Of a stretch of DNA of 64,000 nucleotides, positions 8,725-16,971 are shown piece by piece. The position numbers were made by a program, and so were the translations under genes. The notes under the pieces were generated by a model. The model was given only the letters and a program-made list of their open reading frames with translations, did not search any database and was not told where the DNA came from. Origin of the DNA: Dehalococcoidia bacterium (GTDB lineage Bacteria; Chloroflexota; Dehalococcoidia; Lucifugimonadales; CAZENU01). Numbering within the stretch: the first letter of the stretch is position 1; each line of letters starts with the position of its first letter. Where the stretch lies: NCBI GenBank assembly GCA_965117035.1, contig OZ220748.1:815992-879991 (forward strand), in the 5' to 3' direction.

Positions 8725-9081
8725 TCAAATCGGCAGCTTGGGTGCGGGAATCAGCGTGTGATTGGTAGTGTCCGCGATCAGGCCGAGGACCTGGAGGGTC
8801 GTGGCGCCGATCAGGTACTGGTCCGATTCACCGAAGACCACTCGGTTCGTCGCTTCTCTGCCCTCGACGGTCAGGCGCGCCTCGCCGACCGGCAGCACCA
8901 CAGGTCTGCCATCGGCAAGAGTGAACTCGATCTGTTCGTTGGGCTCGACGCCCACCTGTTCCCGCAGAACGGAGTCGGGAAGTACCGTGTACGTGGCGCC
9001 TGTATCAACCAGCGCCTCGACCCAGCGAGTTGGCCCGCCGTTCCCGTCGCTCACGCCTACAGGGGCCGCGAATATACCCAT
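8725..9081 (-). CDS. retropepsin-like (clan AA) aspartic protease, 118 aa
   Basis: ALVDTGATYTVLP catalytic D-T-G-A motif, C-terminal IGATTLQVLGL flap-like segment, single-domain size expected to dimerise; AAGGAG RBS. Confidence 0.75.
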   Translation of the reverse strand: MGIFAAPVGVSDGNGGPTRWVEALVDTGATYTVLPDSVLREQVGVEPNEQIEFTLADGRPVVLPVGEARLTVEGREATNRVVFGESDQYLIGATTLQVLGLIADTTNHTLIPAPKLPI

Positions 9082-9188
9082 CCACAGAGTCTCCTTGCTC
9101 TCTATCGCATACTAGTCTAGCCTGAGGTGGCGTCGGCGTCCAACCCACTTTGGGCCTCAGGCGTCACCCCGATCCGAGGAGTCGAAAC

Positions 9189-10214
9189 ATGGCTGAGACG
9201 GGCAGGATGCTGTCGGTGGTCGACGGCGAGCGGGTCGTGGTCGAGACGTTCGAGGTCCCGGAGCCGGGGCCCGGCGAGCTGCTGATCAGGGTCAACCGCA
9301 CCCAGGTCAGCGCGGGCAGCGAGAAGGGGCGGTTCCGCGGCGCGTCTCCGCCGGACCCGAGGACGCCCCTCGGCTACTCGCCGAGGCCGCCGGGCTACAC
9401 CGCCGCCGGGCGCGTGCAGGCCGTCGGGCCTGGCGTCGAGGGATTCGAGATCGGTGACAGGGTGTTCGCCTACGGCAGACACCAGTCCCACCTGCTTTCG
9501 AGGCTCGAGGATCCTGACGCCGACTCCGGGACGCGAAAGAACGTGCAGCGCATCGAGTACGACGTCACCGACGAGCAGGCCTGCCTGTCGCGGCTCGGAG
9601 ACGTAGCGCTGCACAGCATCAGGCGCGCGGAGCTCCAGCCCGACGAGGCGGTCGCAATCTTCGGCCAGGGCGTCGTCGGACAGCTCATCGCGGCGTTCGC
9701 CCGCGTCTCCGGCGCGTACCCCATCATCGCGGTGGACCTCGACGACGGCCGGCTCGAGCTGTCGAAGACCAGCGGCGCGACGCACACCGTGAACGCATCG
9801 AAGGAGAACGCCGTCGAGGCCGTCGAGGCGATCACCGGAGGCGGGGCCGAGTGCGTGTTCCACGCGAACAGGGAGGCCCAGGTGCTCGCCGACTGCGTCG
9901 ACGCGGCCGGCTACGGCGGCAAGGTTGTGCTCGTAGGCGCGACGCGGGGGCCCGCCAGCATGTACCTGAACAAGCTGCTGGTGCGCGAGATAGACCTGCG
10001 CGGATCGCACTTCGTCAGCGACGTCCAGCAGCGCTACTGGAAGTGGACGACCTCCCGCGACCGCAACGCAATCCTGCGCATGATCGCCCACGGCGACATC
10101 AGCGTGGACCACCTGATCAGCCACGTCGTGGAGCCCGAGGAGGCCGACGACGCCTACCAGCGCATCGTCGCGGGCCCAGAGGGCTGGATGGGCGTATTCT
10201 TCGCCTGGGACTGA
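9189..10214 (+). CDS. MDR-superfamily oxidoreductase, paralog 2 of 3
   Basis: ATG at 9189 after GAGGAG; roughly 85-90% identical by eye to paralog 1 along the full length. Confidence 0.9.
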   Translation: MAETGRMLSVVDGERVVVETFEVPEPGPGELLIRVNRTQVSAGSEKGRFRGASPPDPRTPLGYSPRPPGYTAAGRVQAVGPGVEGFEIGDRVFAYGRHQSHLLSRLEDPDADSGTRKNVQRIEYDVTDEQACLSRLGDVALHSIRRAELQPDEAVAIFGQGVVGQLIAAFARVSGAYPIIAVDLDDGRLELSKTSGATHTVNASKENAVEAVEAITGGGAECVFHANREAQVLADCVDAAGYGGKVVLVGATRGPASMYLNKLLVREIDLRGSHFVSDVQQRYWKWTTSRDRNAILRMIAHGDISVDHLISHVVEPEEADDAYQRIVAGPEGWMGVFFAWD

Positions 10215-10270
10215 CGCGGGCCACTCCCGATTCGGACACACGAGTCGCACGAGACCAGGGAGCCTCGAAC

Positions 10271-11293
10271 ATGGCAGAGACGGGCAGGATGCTGTCGGTG
10301 GTCGACGGCGAACGGGTCGTCATAGAGACGTTCGAGGTCCCGGATCCGGGGCCCGGCGAGGTGCTCGTCAGGGTCAACCGGACGCAGGTCAGCGCGGGCA
10401 GCGAGAAGGGCCGGTTCCGCGGCGCGTCGCCGCCGGACCCACAGATCCCCCTCGGGTACTGGCAGATCCCGCCCGGCTACACCGCAGCGGGCCGCGTGCA
10501 GGCGGTCGGGCCGGGCGTGGAGGGCTTCGAATCCGGCGAGAGGGTGTTCTGCTCGGGGAGGCACGCGTCGCATCTGGTCTCCCGTCTCGAGGACAGGGAC
10601 GACGGCGGGATGCGAAAGCGGGTGCAGCGCATCGTGTTCGACGTCACGGACGAGCAGGCCTGCTTCTCGCGCCTCGGAGACGTCGCGCTGCACAGCGTCA
10701 GGCGGGCCGAGCTGCAGCCCGACGAGTCGGTCGCCATCTTCGGACAGGGCGTCGTCGGACAGCTCATCGCGGCGTTCGCCCGCATCTCGGGCGCGTACCC
10801 GATCATCGCCATCGACCTAGACGACGGCAGGCTCGAGCTCTCGAAGGCCAGCGGCGCGACGCACACCGTGAACGCCGCGAAGGAGAACGCCGTCGAGGCC
10901 GTGGAGGCGATCACCGGAGGCGGAGCGGAGTCGGTCTTCCACGCCAACAGGGAGGCCCAGTCGCTCGCCGACTGCGTAGACGCGGCCGGCTACGGCGGCA
11001 AGGTGGTGCTCGTTGGCGCGACGTACGGGCCGGTCAGCATGTACCTCACCAATCTGCTGAGACGGGAGATAAGCGTCCGGGGCTCCCACATGGTCAGCGA
11101 CGTCGAGCAGAGGTACTGGAAGTGGACCACCTCCCGCGACCGCGACGCCGTCATGCGGATGATCGCCCACGGCGACATCAGCGTCGACCACCTCATCAGC
11201 CACGTCCTGCGCCCGGAGCAGGCCGACGAGGCCTTCCAGCGCATCGTCGCGGGCCCCCAGGACTGGATGGGCGTCTTCTTCGCCTGGGACTGA
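10271..11293 (+). CDS. MDR-superfamily oxidoreductase, paralog 3 of 3
   Basis: ATG at 10271 after AGGGAG, only 56 nt after the paralog 2 stop; same architecture, the most diverged copy. Confidence 0.9.
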   Translation: MAETGRMLSVVDGERVVIETFEVPDPGPGEVLVRVNRTQVSAGSEKGRFRGASPPDPQIPLGYWQIPPGYTAAGRVQAVGPGVEGFESGERVFCSGRHASHLVSRLEDRDDGGMRKRVQRIVFDVTDEQACFSRLGDVALHSVRRAELQPDESVAIFGQGVVGQLIAAFARISGAYPIIAIDLDDGRLELSKASGATHTVNAAKENAVEAVEAITGGGAESVFHANREAQSLADCVDAAGYGGKVVLVGATYGPVSMYLTNLLRREISVRGSHMVSDVEQRYWKWTTSRDRDAVMRMIAHGDISVDHLISHVLRPEQADEAFQRIVAGPQDWMGVFFAWD

Positions 11294-11322
11294 CAAGGCG
11301 GCCTTTTGTAGACGCAACCTCC

Positions 11323-11371
11323 ACTCCCGACTCCCGACTCCCAACTATCCACTACTCACTATCCACTATTC
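11323..11371 (+). repeat. seven phased heptads ACTNNNN (ACTCCCG ACTCCCG ACTCCCA ACTATCC ACTACTC ACTATCC ACTATTC)
   Basis: Read directly; strongly strand-asymmetric pyrimidine-rich tract about 50 nt upstream of the M48 gene start, followed by TGTGTAGGAT (extended -10-like). Confidence 0.85.
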
Positions 11372-11418
11372 CCCCCGTGATTGTGTAGGATAGCCGCAGT
11401 CCCGGAGCGGGAGGCGAC

Positions 11419-12663
11419 TTGAACGAGTTCACGTTCATCATCCTGGCGGCGCTGGCGTTTGAGCTTGCTCTCGGCGTCGTGTCGGACTGGCTCAACCTGC
11501 GGGCGCTCGACCCCGAGATGCCGGCGGAGCTGTCCGACATCTACGAGTCCGACGAGTACCGCCGGTCCCAGGAGTACACCCGGACGAAGACCCGGTTCGG
11601 GTTCGTGACGGCGGCGTTCGACCTCGCCCTGCTGTTGGCATTCTGGTTCGCGGGCGGGTTCGACGCGCTGGACAGCGCCGCCGCGAGCGCCTGGGACCAC
11701 CCGGTCGGCACCGGGCTGCTCTACATCGGCGTCCTGGCTCTCGGGTACACGCTCGTGACGCTCCCGTTCGGCGTCTACGCCACATTCGGCATCGAGGAGC
11801 GGTTCGGGTTCAACAAGACGACGGCGCGGACCTTCGTCTTCGACAGGCTCAAGGGGCTGGGCCTCCTCCTCGCGCTGGGCGGCCCGCTTCTGGCCGTCGT
11901 GCTGGCCTTCTTCGAGTACGCCGGCGCCCTTGCCTGGGTCTACGGATGGTTGGCCGTCACCGTCTTCAGCCTCGTAATGGCGTTCGTCGCGCCGACCTGG
12001 ATCATGCCCCTCTTCAACAAGTTCACGCCCCTGGAGGCGGGCGAGCTGCGGGACTCGATCCTCGACTACGCCCGCTCGGTCGACTTCACCGTCTCGAACA
12101 TCTTGGTGATGGACGGCTCGAAGCGCTCCAGCAAGGCCAACGCCTTCTTCACCGGCTTCGGACGCAACAAGCGCATCGCGCTCTTCGATACCCTGATCGA
12201 GAAGCACACCACGGCGGAGCTGACGGCGGTCGTTGCCCACGAGATCGGCCACTACAAGCGGCGCCACGTGCCCCAGGGCATCGTTCTCGGAATCGCGACC
12301 ACCGGGCTGGTGTTCTTCCTGCTGTCGCTGGTGCTGAAAGCGGACGGCCTGTACGACGCCTTCTTCATGGAGCGCCAGTCGACGTACGCCGGGCTCGTCT
12401 TCTTCGGCCTGCTCTACTCGCCGGTGCAGCTCGTGCTGTCGACCGCCAGGAAGATGCTGTCGCGGCGCCACGAGTACGAGGCCGACCGCTGGTCGGTCGA
12501 CACGACGCACGACCCGCGGGCCCTCGCCGACGGGCTCAAACGCCTGGCGGCAGACAGCCTCGCCAACCTCCAGCCGCACCCGCTGCACTCGTTCCTCAAC
12601 GACACCCACCCGCCCCTGCTCCAGCGCGTCCACGCGATAGAGCGCCACGGGGCAGGGCGGTAG
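11419..12663 (+). CDS. M48 family zinc metalloprotease (Ste24/HtpX-like)
   Basis: TTG start after GGGAGG; multiple N-terminal TM segments, HEIGHYKRRH (HExxH) zinc site, downstream glutamate-containing helix. Confidence 0.9.
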   Translation: MNEFTFIILAALAFELALGVVSDWLNLRALDPEMPAELSDIYESDEYRRSQEYTRTKTRFGFVTAAFDLALLLAFWFAGGFDALDSAAASAWDHPVGTGLLYIGVLALGYTLVTLPFGVYATFGIEERFGFNKTTARTFVFDRLKGLGLLLALGGPLLAVVLAFFEYAGALAWVYGWLAVTVFSLVMAFVAPTWIMPLFNKFTPLEAGELRDSILDYARSVDFTVSNILVMDGSKRSSKANAFFTGFGRNKRIALFDTLIEKHTTAELTAVVAHEIGHYKRRHVPQGIVLGIATTGLVFFLLSLVLKADGLYDAFFMERQSTYAGLVFFGLLYSPVQLVLSTARKMLSRRHEYEADRWSVDTTHDPRALADGLKRLAADSLANLQPHPLHSFLNDTHPPLLQRVHAIERHGAGR

Positions 12664-12710
12664 CCGCGAGGAAATCGGCGGGCGCTCCACGGGTGACGAC
12701 GGTCGCCTGA

Positions 12711-13756
12711 TGTCGTCCCGAACGGAGTGAGGGACCTGGGGCGGGGGCCGGTCGACGCACGGTGCAGGTCGCGAAGACCCCGCCCCAGGTCCTTCGGCTT
12801 CGCTCAGGGCGACAGGGCTGCCGCAGCCGCTCCGGGGGGACCGTTCTTGACGAGGCGTCTAGCGGCCACCTGCAGTTGCGACGTGACCGCCAACAATGTC
12901 GTCCCGAACGGAGTGAAGGACCTGGGGCGGGGTCGACACGCGGCCTGGGTCGAGCGGCCCCCGCCCCAGGTCCTTCGGCTTCGCTCAGGACGACAGGGCT
13001 GCCGCGACCGCTCCGGGGGGTGGGCCGTTCTTGACGAGGCGTCTAGCGGCCACCTGTGATGGCTACATGCCCCGCACACAGTGTCGTCCCGAACGGAGTG
13101 AGGGACCTGGGGCGGGGGCCAGTCGACGCACGGTGCAGGTCGCGAAGACCCCGCCCCAGGTCCTTCGGCTTCGCTCAGGACGACAGGGCTGCCGCGACCG
13201 CTCCGGGGTTGCGCGCGATTCCTGATCAGGCATTTGGTGGCCCTGTGATGGCTGCGAGTCCGCCAACAATGTCGTCCCGAACGGAGTGAGGGACCTGGGG
13301 CGGGGGCCGGTCGACGCACGGTGCAGGTCGCGAAGACCCCGCCCCAGGTCCTTCGGCTCCGCTCAGGACGACAGCGCTGCCGCAGCCGCTCTTGGGGGAC
13401 CGTTCTTGACGAGGCGTCTAGCGGCCACCTGCAGTTGCGACGTGACCGCCAACAATGTCGTCCCGAACGGAGTGAAGGACCTGGGGCGGGGTCGACACGC
13501 GGCCTGGGTCGAGCGGCCCCCGCCCCAGGTCCTTCGGCTTCGCTCAGGACGACAGGGCTGCCGCGACCGCTCCGGGGTTGCGCGCGATTCCTGATCAGGC
13601 ATTTGGTGGCCCTGTGATGGCTGCGAGTCCACACACAATGTCGTCCCGAACGGAGTGAGGGACCTGGGGCGGGGTCGACACGCGGCTTGGGTCGAGCGGC
13701 CCCCGCCCCAGGTCCTTCGGCTTCGCTCAGGACGACAGGAAGCTGCCCGCGGCCTG
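12711..13756. repeat. tandem array of six 183-188-bp hairpin modules (unit starts 12711, 12897, 13082, 13270, 13456, 13639)
   Basis: Direct reading. Each unit starts TGTCGTCCCGAACGGAGTGA(G/A)GGACCTGGGGCGGGG, has one of two loops, then CCCCGCCCCAGGTCCTTCGGCTTCGCTCAGGACGAC, then one of two tails. Units 1-3 and 4-6 form a 559-bp super-repeat. Confidence 0.95.
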
Positions 13757-15154
13757 CTAGAGGCTCTTGACCTCGTTGACGAGATCGGTGAGGGACTGGC
13801 GGGCGTCGGCGAAGAGCATGAGCGTGTTCTCCTTGTAGAACAACTCGTTGTCGAGGCCCGCGAAGCCGGGGTTGAGGCTGCGTTTCAGCACGAGCACGTG
13901 GCCCGCGCGGTCGACGTTCAGGATGGGCATGCCGTAGATGGGGCTGCCCGCGTTGTCCCTCGCCGCCGGGTTGACGACGTCGTTGGCGCCCACGACGAGC
14001 ACCATCTCGGTCGAGTCGAACTCGTCGTTGACCTGGTCGAGGTCGTACAGCTTGTCGTACGGCACCTCGGCCTCCGCGAGCAGCACGTTCATGTGCCCCG
14101 GCATCCGGCCCGCCACCGGGTGGATCGCGTACTTGACCTCCACGCCCTTCTCCGCCATCAGGTCGCCAAGCTCCTTGAGCTGGTGCTGCGCCCGCGAGAC
14201 GGCGAGGCCGTAGCCCGGCACGAAGATCGCCTTGCGGGCGTAGGCGAGCGATATCGCCGCGTCCGAGGCCGTCACCTCGCGGACCGTCTGGGGGCCGCCG
14301 GAGTCGCCGGCCGACGACGACGGGGCCGCGCCGAAGGCGCCGAACATGACGTTGACTATCGACCGGTTCATGGCCTTGGTCATGATGAGCGTGAGGATCA
14401 TTCCCGCCGCGCCCACGAGCGCCCCGGCGACGATCAGGATCGGGTTGCCCAGCACGAACCCGGCGCTGGCAGCGGCGAGCCCTGAGTAGGAGTTCAGCAG
14501 CGAGATCACGACCGGCATGTCGCCGCCGCCTATCGGGATGACCAGCAGCACGCCCAGCAGCAGGCAGGCGGCCGCGAGACCGGCGAACACCTCCAGCCGC
14601 GGGTCCGCGATCGAGTAGCCCATCATCGCGAGCACGCCGAGGAACAGGAGGCCGCTGACGACGTTCTGCAGGGGGAAGGTGATGGGCCGGGTCGTCATCA
14701 CCTCCTGCAGCTTGCCGAAGGCGATCAGGCTGCCCGAGAAGGTCACCAGCCCGATCAGGGTGCCGAGCATGATGGTGACGGCCACGTCGTTGGGTATGCC
14801 GTCGGCCGTGTCGCGCAGCCTGACGAACTCGGCCGCCGCGATGAGCGCCGACGCCCCGCCGCCAAGGCCGTTGAAGACGGCGACCATCTGCGGCATCGCC
14901 GTCATCCTGATCGTACGCGCCAGGACCCCGCCGACGACCGCGCCGGCCACTATGCCCACGGCGATCAGCTCGTAGCTGACGATCGACTTGTCCAACAGCG
15001 TGACGACGACGGCCACGAGCATCCCCGCGGAGGCGAGGACGTTGCCCGAGCGCGCGGTGGCCGGCGAGCTGAGACGCTTGAGGCCAAGGAAGAAGAGCGC
15101 GGCTGAGACGAGATAGGCCCCGCCGATCAGCGTCTGGACGTCGAAGTCGATCAT
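13757..15154 (-). CDS. pntB: NAD(P) transhydrogenase subunit beta
   Basis: 465 aa, polytopic N-terminal domain plus C-terminal NADP(H)-binding domain (GYGLAVSRAQH, VVGANDVVNPAA); ATGA overlap with the upstream gene. Confidence 0.95.
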   Translation of the reverse strand: MIDFDVQTLIGGAYLVSAALFFLGLKRLSSPATARSGNVLASAGMLVAVVVTLLDKSIVSYELIAVGIVAGAVVGGVLARTIRMTAMPQMVAVFNGLGGGASALIAAAEFVRLRDTADGIPNDVAVTIMLGTLIGLVTFSGSLIAFGKLQEVMTTRPITFPLQNVVSGLLFLGVLAMMGYSIADPRLEVFAGLAAACLLLGVLLVIPIGGGDMPVVISLLNSYSGLAAASAGFVLGNPILIVAGALVGAAGMILTLIMTKAMNRSIVNVMFGAFGAAPSSSAGDSGGPQTVREVTASDAAISLAYARKAIFVPGYGLAVSRAQHQLKELGDLMAEKGVEVKYAIHPVAGRMPGHMNVLLAEAEVPYDKLYDLDQVNDEFDSTEMVLVVGANDVVNPAARDNAGSPIYGMPILNVDRAGHVLVLKRSLNPGFAGLDNELFYKENTLMLFADARQSLTDLVNEVKSL

Positions 15155-15453
15155 CGGTCGCGGTCTCCGGCGTCTCGCCTGAACATGCGCAGCATGCGGT
15201 CGGTGACCAGGAATCCGCCGACGACGTTGACCGTCGCCAGCGCCACGGCGAACACCCCGAGCGCGACGCTGAGGGCGCCGCCGTCCTGGCCGGCCACGAG
15301 CAGCGCGCCGATGACCGCGATTCCCGAAATGGCGTTCGCGCCGGACATCAGCGGCGTGTGCAGCGTCGGCGGCACCTTGGTTATCACCTCGAAGCCGGCG
15401 AAGGCCGCGAGCACGAAGATGTAGAGCTGGATCAGGAGCGCGCTGTCGATCAC
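15151..15453 (-). CDS. pntAB: NAD(P) transhydrogenase subunit alpha part 2 (membrane)
   Basis: 100-aa three-helix hydrophobic protein between the pntAA-like and pntB genes, 4-nt overlaps on both sides. Confidence 0.9.
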   Translation of the reverse strand: MIDSALLIQLYIFVLAAFAGFEVITKVPPTLHTPLMSGANAISGIAVIGALLVAGQDGGALSVALGVFAVALATVNVVGGFLVTDRMLRMFRRDAGDRDR

Positions 15454-16646
15454 GATGAGGCGTCCTTTCCGGCGTCGGCCTCGACTGGGGCCCCCCGCGG
15501 CTCCCTCGCCTGCCCGTCCGCGGGCACGCCGACGATATCGCCGGCGTGCGTTATGCAGCTAGCCATGGTGATGTCGTCGTCGAAGTCGAGCCCGGACCCG
15601 TCGCCGACCACGTGGACCAGGAAGTTGCCGATGTTGCGGGCGTACATCTGGCTGGCGTGGACCGGAATCGTGCTCGGCAAGCCCAGCGGTCCATGAATCG
15701 CCACGCCGTGCGCGTGCACCGTCTCGCCGGGCCTGGTCAGCTCGCAGTTGCCGCCGGTCTCGGCCGCTATGTCGACGATCACGGCGCCCTGCCGCATGCC
15801 CGCGACCATCGCCTCCGAGACGATCTTCGGGGCTGGGCGGCCTGGGACTGCCGCGGTCGTGATGACGAAGTCTACCGCGGCGACGTGCTCGGCCAGGATG
15901 TCGCTCTCCCGGTGCTGCGTCTCGGCCGATAGCTGCTTGGCGTATCCGCTGGCGTGCTCCGCCTCGGCGACGACGACCTGGGGCTCGACGAAGCTCGCGC
16001 CCAGGCTGCGCACCTGCTCGCCCACCGCGGGCCGGACGTCGTAGCCAAACATGACGGCGCCCGTGCGGCGCGCCGTGGCGATGGCCTGGAGTCCCGCGAC
16101 GCCCGCGCCGATCACCAGCCCCTTCGCGGGGGCGAGCGTGCCGGCGGCGGTGATCATCATCGGCATGAAGCGGTTGAGGGCGTTCGCGGCAATCAGCGCG
16201 GCCTTGTACCCGGCGAGCGACGCCATTGACGTAAGCGCGTCCATGCTCTGGGCGCGCGCGGTCCTGGGGACGGCGTCCATGCTGAAGGCGGTGATGCGGT
16301 TGTCGGCGAGCTTCCTGACCATCCCGGCGTCGCCCGACGGCCGGAGGAAACCGACGAGCAGCGCCCCCGGCTTCATCATATCGGCCTCGTGCCTGCCGAC
16401 CGCCTCGTTCATCATCGGGCGCTCGACCTTGAGCACCGCGTCGGCCGACTCGTAGAGCGTTACGGGGTCCCGCTCGATGGAGGCGCCAGCGTCGAGATAG
16501 TCGGAGTCGGAGACCAGGGCGCCTTCGCCCGCGCCCGACTCCACGGTGATCTCCATCCCGGCTTCGCGGAGCGTCGCCACGGCGTCGGGGACGAGCGCCA
16601 CACGGAGCTCGCCCGCGGCGATCTCTCTCGGGACGGCGACCTTCAA
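15450..16646 (-). CDS. pntAA: NAD(P) transhydrogenase subunit alpha part 1 (alanine dehydrogenase-like dI domain)
   Basis: LKVAVPREIAAGELRVALVPD opening, GAGVAGLQAIATA Rossmann motif; TTG at 16646 after GGAGGG preferred over the longest ORF start at 16700. Confidence 0.9.
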   Translation of the reverse strand: MKVAVPREIAAGELRVALVPDAVATLREAGMEITVESGAGEGALVSDSDYLDAGASIERDPVTLYESADAVLKVERPMMNEAVGRHEADMMKPGALLVGFLRPSGDAGMVRKLADNRITAFSMDAVPRTARAQSMDALTSMASLAGYKAALIAANALNRFMPMMITAAGTLAPAKGLVIGAGVAGLQAIATARRTGAVMFGYDVRPAVGEQVRSLGASFVEPQVVVAEAEHASGYAKQLSAETQHRESDILAEHVAAVDFVITTAAVPGRPAPKIVSEAMVAGMRQGAVIVDIAAETGGNCELTRPGETVHAHGVAIHGPLGLPSTIPVHASQMYARNIGNFLVHVVGDGSGLDFDDDITMASCITHAGDIVGVPADGQAREPRGAPVEADAGKDASS

Positions 16647-16805
16647 ACAAGCCCTCCAACAAGGGAGCGGCCGCTTGGGACACGCCGCTCCACCGCTCAC
16701 ATTCTAGCAAGTCCGGGCACGGCGATTGAAAGAGCCGGCCAGCCGATTTCGCCCGAAAGGCCGATCCCACGCCGTACGACGACCGGTCACTTCCCGTGAC
16801 GATCG

Positions 16806-16875
16806 GGCGCGCGCCCCTCGATACAGCCCGCCCGGAGCGGCGGCCCTGCCGAGCGTGAACGGGTCGTGTGCCCCA
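16806..16875 (+). repeat. partial copy (right half) of repeat family R3
   Basis: GCGCGCCCCTCGATACAGCCCGC ... GAGCGTGAACGGGTCGTGTGCC matches the GCGCCCCTCGATACGC ... GGGGTGAACGGGTTGTGCGG part of the other copies. Confidence 0.45.
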
Positions 16876-16971
16876 ACTCCCCGAGCAGTCGCGACGTCCG
16901 GGGCGGATGGCCGGACGCCCGCGTGGGTGGTACATTGGCCGAGACGCCAACATTCCCTCGGGAGGACGAAC

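Noticed and set aside
12727-13638. Track ORFs inside the repeat array (e.g. 12727..13059 +, 13286..13594 +, 12804..13634 -) as protein genes
   Set aside because: They are Arg/Pro/Gly-rich translations of the hairpin repeat (recurrent LRLRSGRQ / FGFAQDDR peptides). Frames are not preserved between loop and tail variants, and there are no RBS-like sequences.
12711-13756. CRISPR array interpretation of the repeat cluster
   Set aside because: The ~35-nt conserved arms occur as inverted pairs (hairpins), not direct repeats. The intervening 'spacers' are themselves repeated (two loop types, two tail types). The unit length is ~185 bp. No cas genes or leader-like region are present in the window.
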